Positions 11,259 through 22,296 of a DNA stretch of 25,009 nucleotides are shown piece by piece. The notes under the pieces are model-generated. The model did no database searches and had not been told where the DNA came from. It saw nothing but the letters and a program-made list of their open reading frames with translations. Made by a program: the position numbers and the translations under genes. Position 1 is the stretch's first letter. Each line of letters begins with the position of its first letter. Source of the stretch: Octopus sinensis (taxonomy: Eukaryota); contig NW_021836110.1 in assembly GCF_006345805.1 (NCBI RefSeq), positions 1 to 25,009 on the forward strand, written 5' to 3'.

Positions 11259-11448
11259 CAGTTCTATATTTAAGAGATGAGGAATTATGTACACTATTTA
11301 CATTATTTACATTATTTACATTCAACAGATTTTTGCCCTGACCTTGATTGTTGTTAACAACGTTTCGGCTGATATGCCCTCCAGCCTTCTTCGGGTGTCT
11401 TGGGGAAATTTCGAACCTGGGTTCTCATTCCTAAGGTATTTTTCGATG
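11259..11448 (-). mobile_element. Element D 3' part: Penelope-LTR-like non-coding repeat containing a hammerhead motif
   Basis: Contains the hammerhead motif listed next. Its terminal 53 nt (11259-11311) recur at 20896-20948 with 3 mismatches, showing it is a dispersed repeat. The Penelope link is inference. Confidence 0.6.
11355..11399 (-). ncRNA. Minimal type I hammerhead ribozyme motif, probably inactivated
   Basis: GACAC-CCGAAGA-A-GGCUG(10-nt loop)CAGCC-GAAA-CGUU-GUU: 5-bp stem II, GAAA, palindromic ACGU stem III. The core has CCGA instead of CUGA and stem I is only about 2 bp. Confidence 0.6.
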
Positions 11449-11518
<70 letters not shown>

Positions 11519-11519
11519 C
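11447..11519. repeat. (TTA)n microsatellite
   Basis: Direct reading; resumes at 11767-11796 after the SINE A insertion. Confidence 0.95.
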
Positions 11520-11527
11520 AGCATTAT

Positions 11528-11760
11528 TAAGGCAGCGAGCTGGCAGACACGTTAGCGCGCCGGGCGAAATGCTTAGCGGTATTTCGTCTGTCGTTACGTT
11601 CTGAGTTCAAATTCTGCCGAGGTCGACTTTGCCTTTCATCCTTTCGGAGTCGATAATTAAAGTACCAGTTACGCAGTGGGGTCGATGTAATCGACTTAAT
11701 CCCTTTGTCTGTCCTTGTTTGCCCCCTCTATGTTTAGCCCCTTGTGGGCAATAAAGAAAA
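11528..11760 (+). mobile_element. SINE family A, full length, inserted in (TTA)n
   Basis: Full head, core and tail homologous to the other A copies; ATT repeats on both sides. Confidence 0.9.
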
Positions 11761-11796
11761 CAAAAATATTATTATTATTATTATTGTTGTTGTTGT

Positions 11797-11836
11797 TAGT
11801 GTTCAAGTCACTGCTAGGAATCGAACTCGGAATCTT
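11797..11836 (-). other. tRNA-like B-box fragment, possible head of element D
   Basis: Minus strand caagattccGAGTTCGATTCCtagcagtgacttgaacac runs into the AAC/AAT tract; no A box visible. Confidence 0.4.
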
Positions 11837-12467
11837 GTAAAGTAAAACAAATCCGAACGAACATTAGAGATACGAGAAATCGCAACCAAATTTCCCTCAA
11901 ATCGCACATTGTAAGATGAAATACAGATTAGATAAACACAGGATCTGTTGTACAAGATGATGGAACGGTCCTGGTTGGAACAGGTTTGATTGTAGGTCAT
12001 AAAATGTAATGAGTGTAATTAGGACATCACAAGATTGCGAAGGTGATCGATGTTTTGTAAACAACTTGCACATGCAAGTGCTACCAGTCGAAAGCTCTGC
12101 ATACCAGAGCCAGCAAGTGTATGGGGTCATCAGGAGAGAATGCGCCACGTTTCGGTGCCTACCTCTCGTCGGCATCATTGTGCACCGGCCCCCTCACTCA
12201 TATTTAACCCGCTAACAGTAGGGGACAATGATGACAACACAAAGGGATATTAGAAAATAATAAAAAGGTTCATATTCATGTATTTGGTATAATTGCTGTG
12301 AAACCTTTGCTTTTAATACTCAGAGATTGAAAGGTAGCAACGAAGACACCGGTACTCTCTCTGCGACTGGTGAACAGAAGGGAAGAAATTATCTTAAGAA
12401 TGGAAACCTGAGAGCTTGCAACAACGCGGAGTATGTTAACCAGCCTCGAGGACCGGGTGGTGGTATT

Positions 12468-12696
12468 AGGCCAACTGGCAGAATCATCAGCACGCCGGGC
12501 GAAATGCTTAGCGGTATTTCGTCTGCCGTTACGTTCTGAGTTCAAATTCCGCCGAGGTCGACTTTGCCTTCCATCCTTTCGGGGTCGATAAATTAAGTAC
12601 CAGTTATGCACTGGGGTCGATGTAATCGACTTTATCCGTTTGTCTGTCCTTATTTGTCCCCTCTGTCTTTAGCCCTTTGTGGGTAGTAAAGAAATA
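12468..12696 (+). mobile_element. SINE family A, full length
   Basis: Homologous to the other A copies; possible 7-bp TSD ggtatta (12462-12468 and 12697-12703). Confidence 0.9.
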
Positions 12697-13014
12697 GGTA
12701 TTAAACTAGGCGGCGGATGAATTGTACAACACACACAGTTCAATCACTTTATTGCCTTACCAGACTTCTGTGCTTAAAGAACGTATCCATCATTCAAGAC
12801 AACCCAGTTCTCAGGCATCCTGCTCCCTGCACCTAAAAGCCCAAATTCCAGAAATTATGCTGTTGGCAATTTTCAAACTTTCTCATAATAATCGTTTCAT
12901 GCCTATATTTGAGCTAACACGCTATCTTAAATAAAGCGCTTGGCAGTGTTCAGTGCTTTAGTTTGAGACGTGTATTTTTTGTACAGAAGGAAGATGGTAA
13001 ATACCAAAATAAAT

Positions 13015-13365
13015 TCATCTCACCGCGTGAATCAATTCGTACAGTCGCTGATAATCAATGTCCGTAGACACTGTTGATGGTCTCCCATTGCATGATTTCC
13101 TTTCAATATTCCATTCCCCTTCTATAAACTCCTTTATAAATCTGTGCACATTATACTTCTCAGTGGTATCGTCTCTGTAAACAACCAGTGAATGCCGGAC
13201 AACCTGCTGACACCACGCCTTCGTCGAAATCTTGGTGATGGTACGTTGCTTTTGCTCCGACACCCATTGTTTACCTTGAGTGAAGAAAGGGAGAGGCGTT
13301 ACTCTACCAGACTATAGATTTAATTAGTTATGCTCACTTTTGCGTTACTTTGGATACAAAACTTC
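13015..13365 (-). mobile_element. Mariner (Tc1/mariner) relic: left end plus decayed transposase N-terminal HTH region
   Basis: EQKQRTITK...VYRDDTTEKYNVHRFIKEFIEG...ERKSCNGRPSTVSTD..YQRLYELI follows the mariner HTH pattern VYGDD...V.RW...F..G.....D..RSGRPS. The end abuts TA (13366-13367) in a (TACA)n tract. Weak similarity may continue to about 12800. Confidence 0.8.
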
Positions 13366-13367
13366 TA

Positions 13368-13377
13368 CATACATACA

Positions 13378-13410
<33 letters not shown>
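13368..13410. repeat. (TACA)n microsatellite
   Basis: Direct reading of the sequence. Confidence 0.93.
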
Positions 13411-13411
<1 letters not shown>

Positions 13412-13413
13412 CA

Positions 13414-13803
13414 TGGTGGCTGCCCCCTCGTTATCGAGTTTGGCCATTGCACGAAGCTTAATCAATGTTGTTATCGTGCAATGCCTGTGCAAGAAGATTT
13501 TTTTAAAGTGAGGAAAGACTGTCAATCCTACTCACTAAGCAACAGCAGCCATAATCCGAAAAGAATAGCAAGTCAACATCATCGGTAACCACTGAGCCGC
13601 AGGTTTTATTTCGGAGTAATCCCAGTTACCTGAGTTACCTTCTCCTAGAAGGATGCCCTAACAAAGGCTAGAAGTCCTTCACTCCCAATGGTTTAACCGC
13701 GCGATCGGGTATTCAGTCCGATTATTTCTATGTCCCCGCGCATGATACACCCGTAAGACATTTATTGGATGGCCGTTGACTCTCAAGAGTTCCTCCGCCC
13801 TTT
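13414..13803 (+). mobile_element. Candidate non-autonomous retroelement with RTE-like 5'-UTR motif and (CATA)n tail
   Basis: About 390-bp GC-richer island inside (TACA)n. Contains gagttaccttctcctagaaggatgccctaacaaaggct, which resembles RTE 5' UTR motifs as recalled, and a small actct-ca-agagt hairpin near the 3' end. Confidence 0.4.
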
Positions 13804-13804
13804 G

Positions 13805-13930
13805 TACATACATCCATACATACATACATACATTCATTCATACATACATACATACATACATACATACATACATACATACATACATACATACATACATACA
13901 TAAATATATACATACATATATACATACATG
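13805..13930. repeat. (TACA)n microsatellite
   Basis: Direct reading of the sequence. Confidence 0.93.
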
Positions 13931-14532
13931 CAAACATGCCTGCGCGTGTTAAATTTCTATTAGAAGCATAATGTGCCGATATTTAAAAAGAGTAATCTTT
14001 AGATAAATTAGTCTGACACACACTATGCCTGAAAACTAAGGTTGAAATGTGGTGGCATGTCTTTTTTTTTATAGCTTGTTTTGGTGCGAGGAGCAGGGTC
14101 CATGCTGACCTTCTGAGACCTCTGAGACTCCTGAGACCTCTGTTACTCGTCGACTGTATGAAGCTTGTACTGAGATTGAATTCGAAGAAACTTACCTCCT
14201 GGGGAATAGTTATGAGTTGTTTGAGGGAGACGGAATGTTGGTGGTGCAAGGGGGAAGAGACAAACGAATTGACTGGTGTTTTAGCCGAGGTAGTACAGAA
14301 CAAATTAGTGTTGAGGAACAGAGGTAATCGTCGTAGCAATAGAGAAGACGAAGAAAAAGCAAAGGGGAAGGGAGAAAGAAAGATAGAGATGGAGAGTGAG
14401 TGAGAGAGGAAGAAAGAGAGAGAAAGAGAGAATAAAGTTCATTATACACCAAAAGCTAGGCTATATTCATCATCCAGTGGCTTTGCTCTGTTTATAGTCG
14501 AGGATGTGAGTGCGTGTTTCAGCAGCACCGTA

Positions 14533-14876
14533 GGAGGCGCAATGGCCCAGTGGTTAGGGCAGTAGACTCGCGGTTGGAGGATATTGGTTTCGATTCTCAG
14601 ACCGGGCGTTGTGTGTGTTTGTTGAGCGAAAACACCTAAAGCTCCACGAGGCTCCAGCAGGGGTGGGGTGGGGTTGCGACCCCTGTTGCATTCTTTCGCC
14701 CAAACTTTCTCTGACTTTTTCTTCCTGTTTCTTGTCCCCGACTTCCTACTCAACCGGTGAGCCTGGATGCGCATTCATCCATCCGCCGATGCTCTCGGTG
14801 TCGGGGGTTGACCTGCTTTCTCTTCTGCGGGTCTTACGAATAGCAAAGGACCACGTTTCGGACCGCTCAACAGCAA
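14533..14876 (+). mobile_element. tRNA-derived SINE family B, copy 2
   Basis: Colinear with B1; exact 13-bp TSD cagcagcaccgta at 14520-14532 and 14877-14889. Confidence 0.92.
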
Positions 14877-15814
14877 CAGCAGCACCGTACTAGTTGTGGG
14901 AATAATGCTGCATTGTGGGTAATCATTTTCCGGTTCTGAAAGGCTTTGTCCTTAAGTTGCAGCCTTTGTAAAGTTAAAGCTCCTTAACATTAGTCTGACT
15001 TAACGTTTGGAGCGATCGCAAGGCCTCTACTTTCACACTGTCCATGTTTAAGGGCGTGTGAAGCATTATGATGTCTTATTCTTATAAGTAATATTTAAAT
15101 GTCATTGCTCATGGGTCTGTTCTGCCAGGGCTATTCCAGGTTAAGAATATACAACATTGTTTGTCTTCTTGCTACTTTCGCCTCTTCATTTTATGCATAG
15201 CTCTGTGATGCAAAACTTTTTATTTATTCAGAACAGAATTATATTTTGCGCTTTCAGTCAATAAGTTATATTGATAATATGCAATTTTATCATATTTACT
15301 ACCAACAATATCTCAAATCTGATTATATACAAAAATAAATGTAATCAATACTTTAGACACGTATTAGCAAATGTTGAAGATCATTTAATCGTATCATCTG
15401 ATAATTGAATGAAAAGGTTTTTAAAATATTTCATAAATCTTTTATGGTACCGAGCTACTCGGATTTATATTTTGGTATAATGAAATAATGTTCTTTCTTT
15501 CCTTTTTAAATATTAACAAGGGAAAAAAATCTGCTTCTCAAGCGTGATCTCATTATGGGATATTTAGAATTCAAAACAAGAAGAGGCGATGTATCTCACC
15601 ACTTTGATGGTGAATTGTAATTAAATAATTTTGGCAAGGTGGTAGGTGATGTTGAGTATAGACTAAAAGACTTAGAGGTATAGACTATTTAATCTACAAA
15701 TATTACAAATCTGTAACAGTTAACAAAGATCCGACAATTGATAGATTTCTTTTCTTCGGAATTTGCTGCCTGGTCTGTAGGCATTCAAACATCTGTATTT
15801 ACAAAATCTTCATC

Positions 15815-15841
15815 TTGTGTGTGTGGGTGGTGGTAAGTGCG

Positions 15842-15876
<35 letters not shown>

Positions 15877-16180
15877 TGGTGGTCGTTGGATGAGTGTGTA
15901 GGTATGTGCGTGTGTATGTGTAGCTATCTATCTATCTATATGTATATGCATATATATATATATATGTGTGTGTGCGTGCGTGTGTGTGTGTGTGTGTGTG
16001 TGTGCGTATGCGTATATGTATATATATGCGTTTGAGTGTGTGTGTATGTATAAGACAAGGTATAAATAATGGTCGTTACATATTTTTCTTTATTGTAGTA
16101 AATTTGTCTTACACCTGTTTCCAAACTATGTATGTATATATGTATATATGTATATATATATATGTGTTATATATATCTCT
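15815..16180. repeat. Compound (TG)n/(TA)n field
   Basis: Direct reading of the sequence. Confidence 0.85.
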
Positions 16181-16405
16181 CTCTTTCTTCACTAACACGC
16201 TCATACACACACATGCGCACACATACTCACACATACACACACGTATGTATAAGTTGTCTTTTTTAAATTTATTTATTCAATGTACGGATGTAATTCCTCA
16301 ACATTTGTTGAGCACTGTGGTAAAAAAATAATACATCGCTATGACTAATTATGATGTACCCTGTGGAGCAAGGATGTGTTATCGAGTATATCTACATTCA
16401 TAAAT

Positions 16406-16435
16406 AACACACACACACACACACACTTACACACA

Positions 16436-16487
<52 letters not shown>

Positions 16488-16492
16488 ACACA
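16406..16492. repeat. (CA)n microsatellite
   Basis: Direct reading of the sequence. Confidence 0.93.
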
Positions 16493-17259
16493 TGCTTAGT
16501 TAAACGCGCAATTATTTATAGATGTAAACAGACATGTATTCTATGATGTATATTAAACAATTTTGCATACAATGTATATGGACCTGAGAACTTCATTGTG
16601 AAAAGCATTAGACATTTATGTACGTGTATAATGTTGTGAACAAATATCCTACTTATGCGTACGAACTGCCTAAATACATATAACATATACATGTGTTTAA
16701 GAAAAAGAGGAAAAAAACGTTGAATTTTTCTTGAGGTTCATTTTTTAAAGACTTTATTAGATTTTATAACAGAAATTGTAAAACCCCAGAAGAATTTTAT
16801 TGTGAAATCCTAAAAGATAACTAAGGTTTAAGTGAACAGACAGAATAATAAAGCTTGAATCCAGAAGCATAATAAAGACCTTTTTGAAAGGTGCTATATT
16901 TGACTATAATATTAAATATTGCAGAAATGGAAATTTTAAATAACACATAAATATGTATAAGAAAATTGAAATATTCAAAATAGCAACTTGGGCGCATAAT
17001 AGATAAAATGAAGTTTTAAAAATAATAAAAATTCAATAAATGAAATATAATAATGGAAAATTTTAAAATAAATTGGAAAAATGATAAAAAAGATTTTTAA
17101 AATAAATTTATGAAATATATTTTTTACTTGAAAATAATAAATGAGGATAAAAAAAGTCAGAGCAATAAGGAAAATAAATTTAAAAAGTATACATAAATAA
17201 AATTATATATAAATGAAATGTAAAATAGAGTAAAAGTTTGAAAGGGGGCACGTAAATGA

Positions 17260-18320
17260 ACTGATGCTGCATGTAGGGTAGTGGAGGAGGGGAGGGTGAA
17301 CGATGGACCAGAGAGGTGGGGGAATGGTGGTGGTGGGGGGATAAGCATTGGGCGGAGGGGATGGAGAAGAAGAAAGGGGTGGTGAAGGGTGGAGGAGTGA
17401 TTGGAGAAGGGAAGAATAGAAGAGAGTAGGTGAGAGGGAGGAAAGTGAGGGAGAGAGAGAGAGAGAGAAGGAGGATGGAAATAGGTGAGATGGAAGAGAA
17501 TCGGAAAGGGAGAGAGAGAGAGAGAGTGAGTGAGAGGGTGAGGAGAGATGAAAGATAGAAAGTGAGGGAAGCGAGTGAATAGAGGGTGAGTGATAGTGTA
17601 GATAGATAGGAAGATAGATTGAGCGAGAGAGAGAGAAAGGGGGAAAGAGAGAGGGAAAGGTTGGAGGAATAGGTAGAGGTAGGTTTTGATGAAGAGAGAA
17701 GAAAGAGGAAATAGGGGCTGGGGAAGGAAAATATGCAAAAGGGAGAGAGGAAAGAAGGGGACTGATGAGGGATGGCGTGAAGAACGATGGGATAAAGAAT
17801 ATGGTAAGGACAAAGAGTAGATTGGGTGTAAGATGAAAAGTTTGGGAGGCTGGATTAGAGGAAGACAGAGAGAGAGAGAGAGGGAGTGAGAGAGAGGGAG
17901 GGAAGGAGCTTGTAGGATGAGGGAGAGGGGTGTATAGTAGGGTGAGGAAGATTAAGTAGTGTGGGTAGGGGTTAGCAAGAGAGAGGGAGAATAGTGGGGG
18001 GGGGGGCTGATAAGAGAGGAGGAATAGGTAAAAAGTAGAAAAAGGCATGAGAGGGGGAAATATTTGAAGGGGGTAGAAACAAAGGTAGCAGGATGGGAAC
18101 GTAAGGGACCTCGATAAGAGTTGCAATGAAGGTGAGAGGGGGCAGGGTAAATGTGTTGAGGGAGTCGAGGCAGAGAGCTAGAAAGGAATAGGAGACAATA
18201 AGGGTAGGAGACGAAATGATGGGTATATGATTAGAAGAGGATGAGGAAAAAAAGGGGGGGGGCAGTTAGATAGATGTAAGGGGGTGAGGGAGAAGGATAG
18301 GCTCCGGTAAGAGAGTCAGG
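17260..18320. repeat. About 1-kb polypurine-rich low-complexity tract
   Basis: The plus strand is overwhelmingly G and A, with (GA)n and G runs; explains the Ser/Leu/Pro/Phe ORFs 17157..18126. Confidence 0.85.
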
Positions 18321-18364
18321 GAAATATTAATAAGTCAGTATTGTGTGTATTTATCAGTATATAT

Positions 18365-18466
18365 GACCTGTGTGTGCATGTGTGTGTGTGCGTGTGTGTG
18401 TGCGCACCTGTCTCTATGTACGTATCCATATATGCGTGTGTATGTATACACACACAAAACACACAC

Positions 18467-18507
<41 letters not shown>

Positions 18508-18647
18508 CAATATATAAAATATTATATATACACACACACACCCTCATATATGTAGGAAAGCATGTGCGATGTACGCTTCAACACATACCTAACTCACACA
18601 CGTATCAACACGCGCATAATCCAACTATATATATACATATACATACA

Positions 18648-18681
<34 letters not shown>

Positions 18682-18726
18682 TCATATATATATATATATA
18701 CGTATATATATATATATATATATATA

Positions 18727-18757
<31 letters not shown>

Positions 18758-18789
18758 GATAAATGTATATATATATGTATGTATGTGTG

Positions 18790-18821
<32 letters not shown>

Positions 18822-18858
18822 TGTATGTATGTATGTATGTATGTTTGTATGTATGTAT
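18365..18858. repeat. Compound (TG)n/(TA)n/(TATG)n field
   Basis: Direct reading of the sequence. Confidence 0.92.
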
Positions 18859-19265
18859 TGCGGACAATGGGTAAAGAAGGAGACATTGAGTGAAGAATAT
18901 GAAGATATGTTGGAGTGAGAAAGAAGAAGGAGAAAGAAGAGAATGGCGTGAGAAAAGCAGCGAGGGATGTTATGTTTAGAGAGAGTAGCAGGGAACATAT
19001 AAGCAACAACAACAACAACAACAACAACGAAAACAACAAAAACAACAACAACAACATCTAAATGTTAACATATAAATTAAAATATCCGAGGAAAAAATAA
19101 TTGACGACATCTTTAACAATGAGGCAGGGAAGAGGGCTAGGAGGAGGAGGAGGAGGAGAAAGTACATGAGTGATGGCGAGAGAGAGAGTGTGAGAGAGAG
19201 AGAGGAGCGAGAAGTGAGAGAGAGGGATGTTTATAAAGAGAGTGGTATATTATGAGGAATTGTAG

Positions 19266-19298
<33 letters not shown>

Positions 19299-19527
19299 AA
19301 TTCACGGGCGAAGAAGGGAGTAAGTAATAAGTGAAATGGACGGGTAAAGAATGATGGGAGAGGGGCTCAAGAGTGGGAGGGTGGGGTATGGAGGGGGAAA
19401 CAATGTTAGGAAGGAACAGAGAGAAAGGCCTGAGCCAGAGTTGGAGGAAGGAGAGTAGAGAACTGTAGGCGTTGGGTGCCAGCATGATTGAGATGAGACC
19501 GGGTGATGAGGGAGCAGACTGATAAAT

Positions 19528-19690
19528 GGTGTGGTGACGGTGACGGTGACGGTGGCGGTGGTGGTGGTGGTGGTGGCGATGGTGGTGGTGGTGGTGGTGG
19601 TGGCGATGGTGGTGGTGGTGGTGGTAGTGGTGGTGGTGGTGGTGGTGGTGGCGATGGTGGTGGTGGTGGTGGTGGTGGCGGTGGTGGTAG
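19528..19690. repeat. (GGT)n microsatellite with GGC/GAT interruptions
   Basis: Direct reading; source of the poly-Gly ORF. Confidence 0.93.
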
Positions 19691-19886
19691 GGCTACAGTA
19701 AGGGACGGTAGTGTGTGGTGTTAATAGAAGGGTGAAGAGGTGTTCCTGTGGTGGGGGGCATTGCTAGATAGTGTGGACAGTATAAGGGGAAGTAAGCTTA
19801 GACGATGGGCAGAATCTTATATATTTATATATATATATATATAGTGTTAGATGCGAGGGGTAGGATGAGGTTGACAAAACGACATA

Positions 19887-19898
19887 CAGTAGTAGTAT

Positions 19899-19932
<34 letters not shown>

Positions 19933-20192
19933 AGTAGTAGTAGTAGTAGTGGTAGTAGTAGTAGTAGGAGTAGAAGTAGTAGTAGTAGTAGCAGCAGCAG
20001 CAGCAGTAGGGGTAGTTTAGACAGAAAAATCAATGTTACTAGTCTCAAAGATTGAAGAGCAACTACAACAGTAGTAGTAGAAGCAGCAGCTACAACAACA
20101 ACAACAATAACAACAACAACAATAACAACAACAACAATAACAACAACAACAGCAGCAGCAGCACTAACAAATATAGCAACAACAACAATAAT
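19887..20192. repeat. (GTA)n, (GCA)n and (CAA)n trinucleotide blocks
   Basis: Direct reading of the sequence. Confidence 0.9.
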
Positions 20193-20193
20193 A

Positions 20194-20380
20194 AGGATTC
20201 GAGAGGGGATTAGTCGATGGCACTGCCTCCAGTATTTGAATGGTGTTTTAATTTAACAACTCCTGAGGAATGAAAGGCGAATTTAACCTTGGCGTGATTT
20301 GAACTCAGAAAATAATGAGCCAGAATAAAATGCCACAAAACATTTTCCCCCGACATTTTAACGATTCTGATTTCTCGCCG
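20194..20380 (-). mobile_element. Old, decayed SINE A copy
   Basis: Minus strand gcggcgagaaatcagaatcgttaa...ttctgagttcaaatcacgccaagg...gcctttcattcc...atcgactaatccc, colinear with family A. Confidence 0.7.
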
Positions 20381-20444
20381 CTCTTAATTGTTTGTAATTT
20401 TAGCAAAAAATAAAAAAAATAAAAAAACGCAATTATTGTGCGTT

Positions 20445-20580
20445 GGGGGAGGCATTAGTCAATACCGCTGATACCTTTTTTTATCGACCCCGGAGGGATG
20501 GAGAGGCAAAGTCGTCTTCAGTGGGATTTCAAGTCAAAACGTAACAAGTTCTAGAGACCAGACATTCTAATGACTCGGCA
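20445..20580 (-). mobile_element. Old, decayed SINE A-like copy
   Basis: Minus strand gacgactttgcctctccatccctccggggtcgataaaaaaaggtatcag matches the family A core. Confidence 0.6.
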
Positions 20581-20871
20581 AAATGATGACAGTTTCTAGT
20601 TTTGACATAATTACACCGCAAATTTTAATGGATGGCGTAAACGATTGTCGAGCCAGAGCAGATCAATGGCGGATTTGCTATCGATGTTCTTTGAATCCTG
20701 ATATTGTCACAAGGTCAGACATTGTGTGAAGGTCCCAATCGATTAGAGAGACACCAGTACTTTAATGCTACGTATTTTGTTAATGCAGTATCAGGAATCG
20801 GGTCAATGCTGATAGGATGGCGTAACAATATCAAATGCTCAACAGTTACAAAAGCACAACGTGGGTATATA

Positions 20872-20948
20872 TACATTATTTGCATTATTTACATTTGTAA
20901 ATAATGTAAATAATGTACATAATTCCTCATCTCTTAAATCTAGAAGTG
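20872..20948 (+). mobile_element. Terminal fragment of element D preceded by an inverted copy (palindrome)
   Basis: 20896-20948 matches 11259-11311 (-) at 50 of 53 positions; 20872-20917 is a 22-bp-arm inverted repeat with 1 mismatch and a TT loop. Confidence 0.75.
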
Positions 20949-21984
20949 TGGGTGTATATAGTTGACCTCCATACTTAACGCCATAAAGGTGAGAATCATA
21001 CACGAGCCCCGGTGGAATTTAAACTCATAGGCGTCAATAGGTGTATTTCAATGGGCCAATCAGATCAGGTCTCTGAGGTATTCCGCCATTCTGATGGTTA
21101 TAGAATAATTAAAATTATTAAGATGGAGACAAGGTCACGCATTTAGTGTCGATAGTGGTGGGGGCCAGTGTTTCAGTGGTATTTATGTTGTTGTTCTTGT
21201 TTAGATCCAAATCAGCCCTAATTGACTGGAACTATGATCAAAAACATTTCACTTCCGACCACGTTGTTGATTTGCCCCAAATTTAGTTTAGAGTGAACAA
21301 ACCAAACATCAATCAAAGACGGTGTATTGTTTCATCCAATAAATTTTTCTTCTAAGACGTTAGAATATATTTTGAGGGATGAATACGTAGAGGATTCCTC
21401 GTGATATTGATATTGGCTTCAGTGCCAGTTGAATTAAATACGCTATGTTGAGCCACTCCACCGTCGTTCTCTGCTCTCATACAATAGTTATAATGATTTG
21501 CCACATTTTAATTTTAAATATTGGCCATTTGTAACATAGGCACAAGACTAGAAATTTGTTGTGTTTTTTTGTGGCTAGGATGATGATATATATCTCAGAA
21601 ATTCATCGTAATTGTATTTTGACGATCACAGGAAGACAAAAGACAAAATCGATCCGAGCATGATTAAATACTTGACATAATGTGGTCCTTAAAGAAGGAT
21701 TTGGCCCGGTAGTGTTTTGTTCACTCGGTTGAAATCTCACTAAGGAAAACTTTGTGTTTCCTCCTCCTTCAGCTCGATTAAAAATTTACCAAATACAGGT
21801 TCCTTTCTTCTTCACTCTTCTCCATCCTTCCCTCTCCTTCTCGAAGTCGTGATTTGGGCGCCCCAACGTCAACATCAAGTGTTTAGGTACCAAGTGTAAA
21901 AGCATACAAATACGCTCACGCACATTCACACATACTCACACATACTCACACACACTCACACTCAAACACAATTATACTCACACA

Positions 21985-22019
21985 TATTATTATTATCATC
22001 ATTATCATTATCATTATCC

Positions 22020-22083
<64 letters not shown>
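21985..22083. repeat. (ATT)n microsatellite
   Basis: Direct reading of the sequence. Confidence 0.95.
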
Positions 22084-22087
<4 letters not shown>

Positions 22088-22296
22088 TAGTTTTATTTTT
22101 ATAGCGTGATTTCACTTCACTACCGAGCGCAGCTCTGTGTGCCTTGGGTATGTGCTGTGATTTGTTGTCATGCTCTGATGGTTATTGAATGGAAAGTGTT
22201 CTGCGTAGGATGTGTGCAGTGCCTAGTAGTGCAATTTTCTGTATGTTATATGTGTTTGTAAGTCCTGGTGTTTTGTTATGTATTTGTCTGAATATT

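Noticed and set aside
12140-12175. Minus-strand CCGACGA...GGU-AGGC-ACC-GAAACGUG, hammerhead-like
   Set aside because: There is no valid NUH cleavage triplet (position 17 would be G), no stem I, and the core is altered.
13630-13680. Possible HDV-like ribozyme in the RTE-like motif (GGCUAG J4/2-like string)
   Set aside because: I could not build a P1 helix or a proper P3/L3, so the fold is unsupported.
2169-14035. Exact 15-mer cactatgcctgaaaa at 2169 and 14021
   Set aside because: The flanks are unrelated, and a match of this length is plausible by chance in 25 kb of AT-rich DNA.
14047-14403. 118-aa ORF with a hydrophobic start
   Set aside because: No recognisable motif; it includes a short 9-bp tandem repeat (about 14112-14142) and ends in GA-rich sequence.
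14885-15060. Minus-strand peptide LSQTNVKEL*LYKGCNLRTK, faintly SAP-domain-like
   Set aside because: It has multiple stops and only a few matching residues; indistinguishable from chance by eye.
17157-18126. 218-aa and 307-aa minus-strand ORFs
   Set aside because: A pyrimidine-rich strand rarely contains stop codons; the composition is S/L/P/F only, with no domain.
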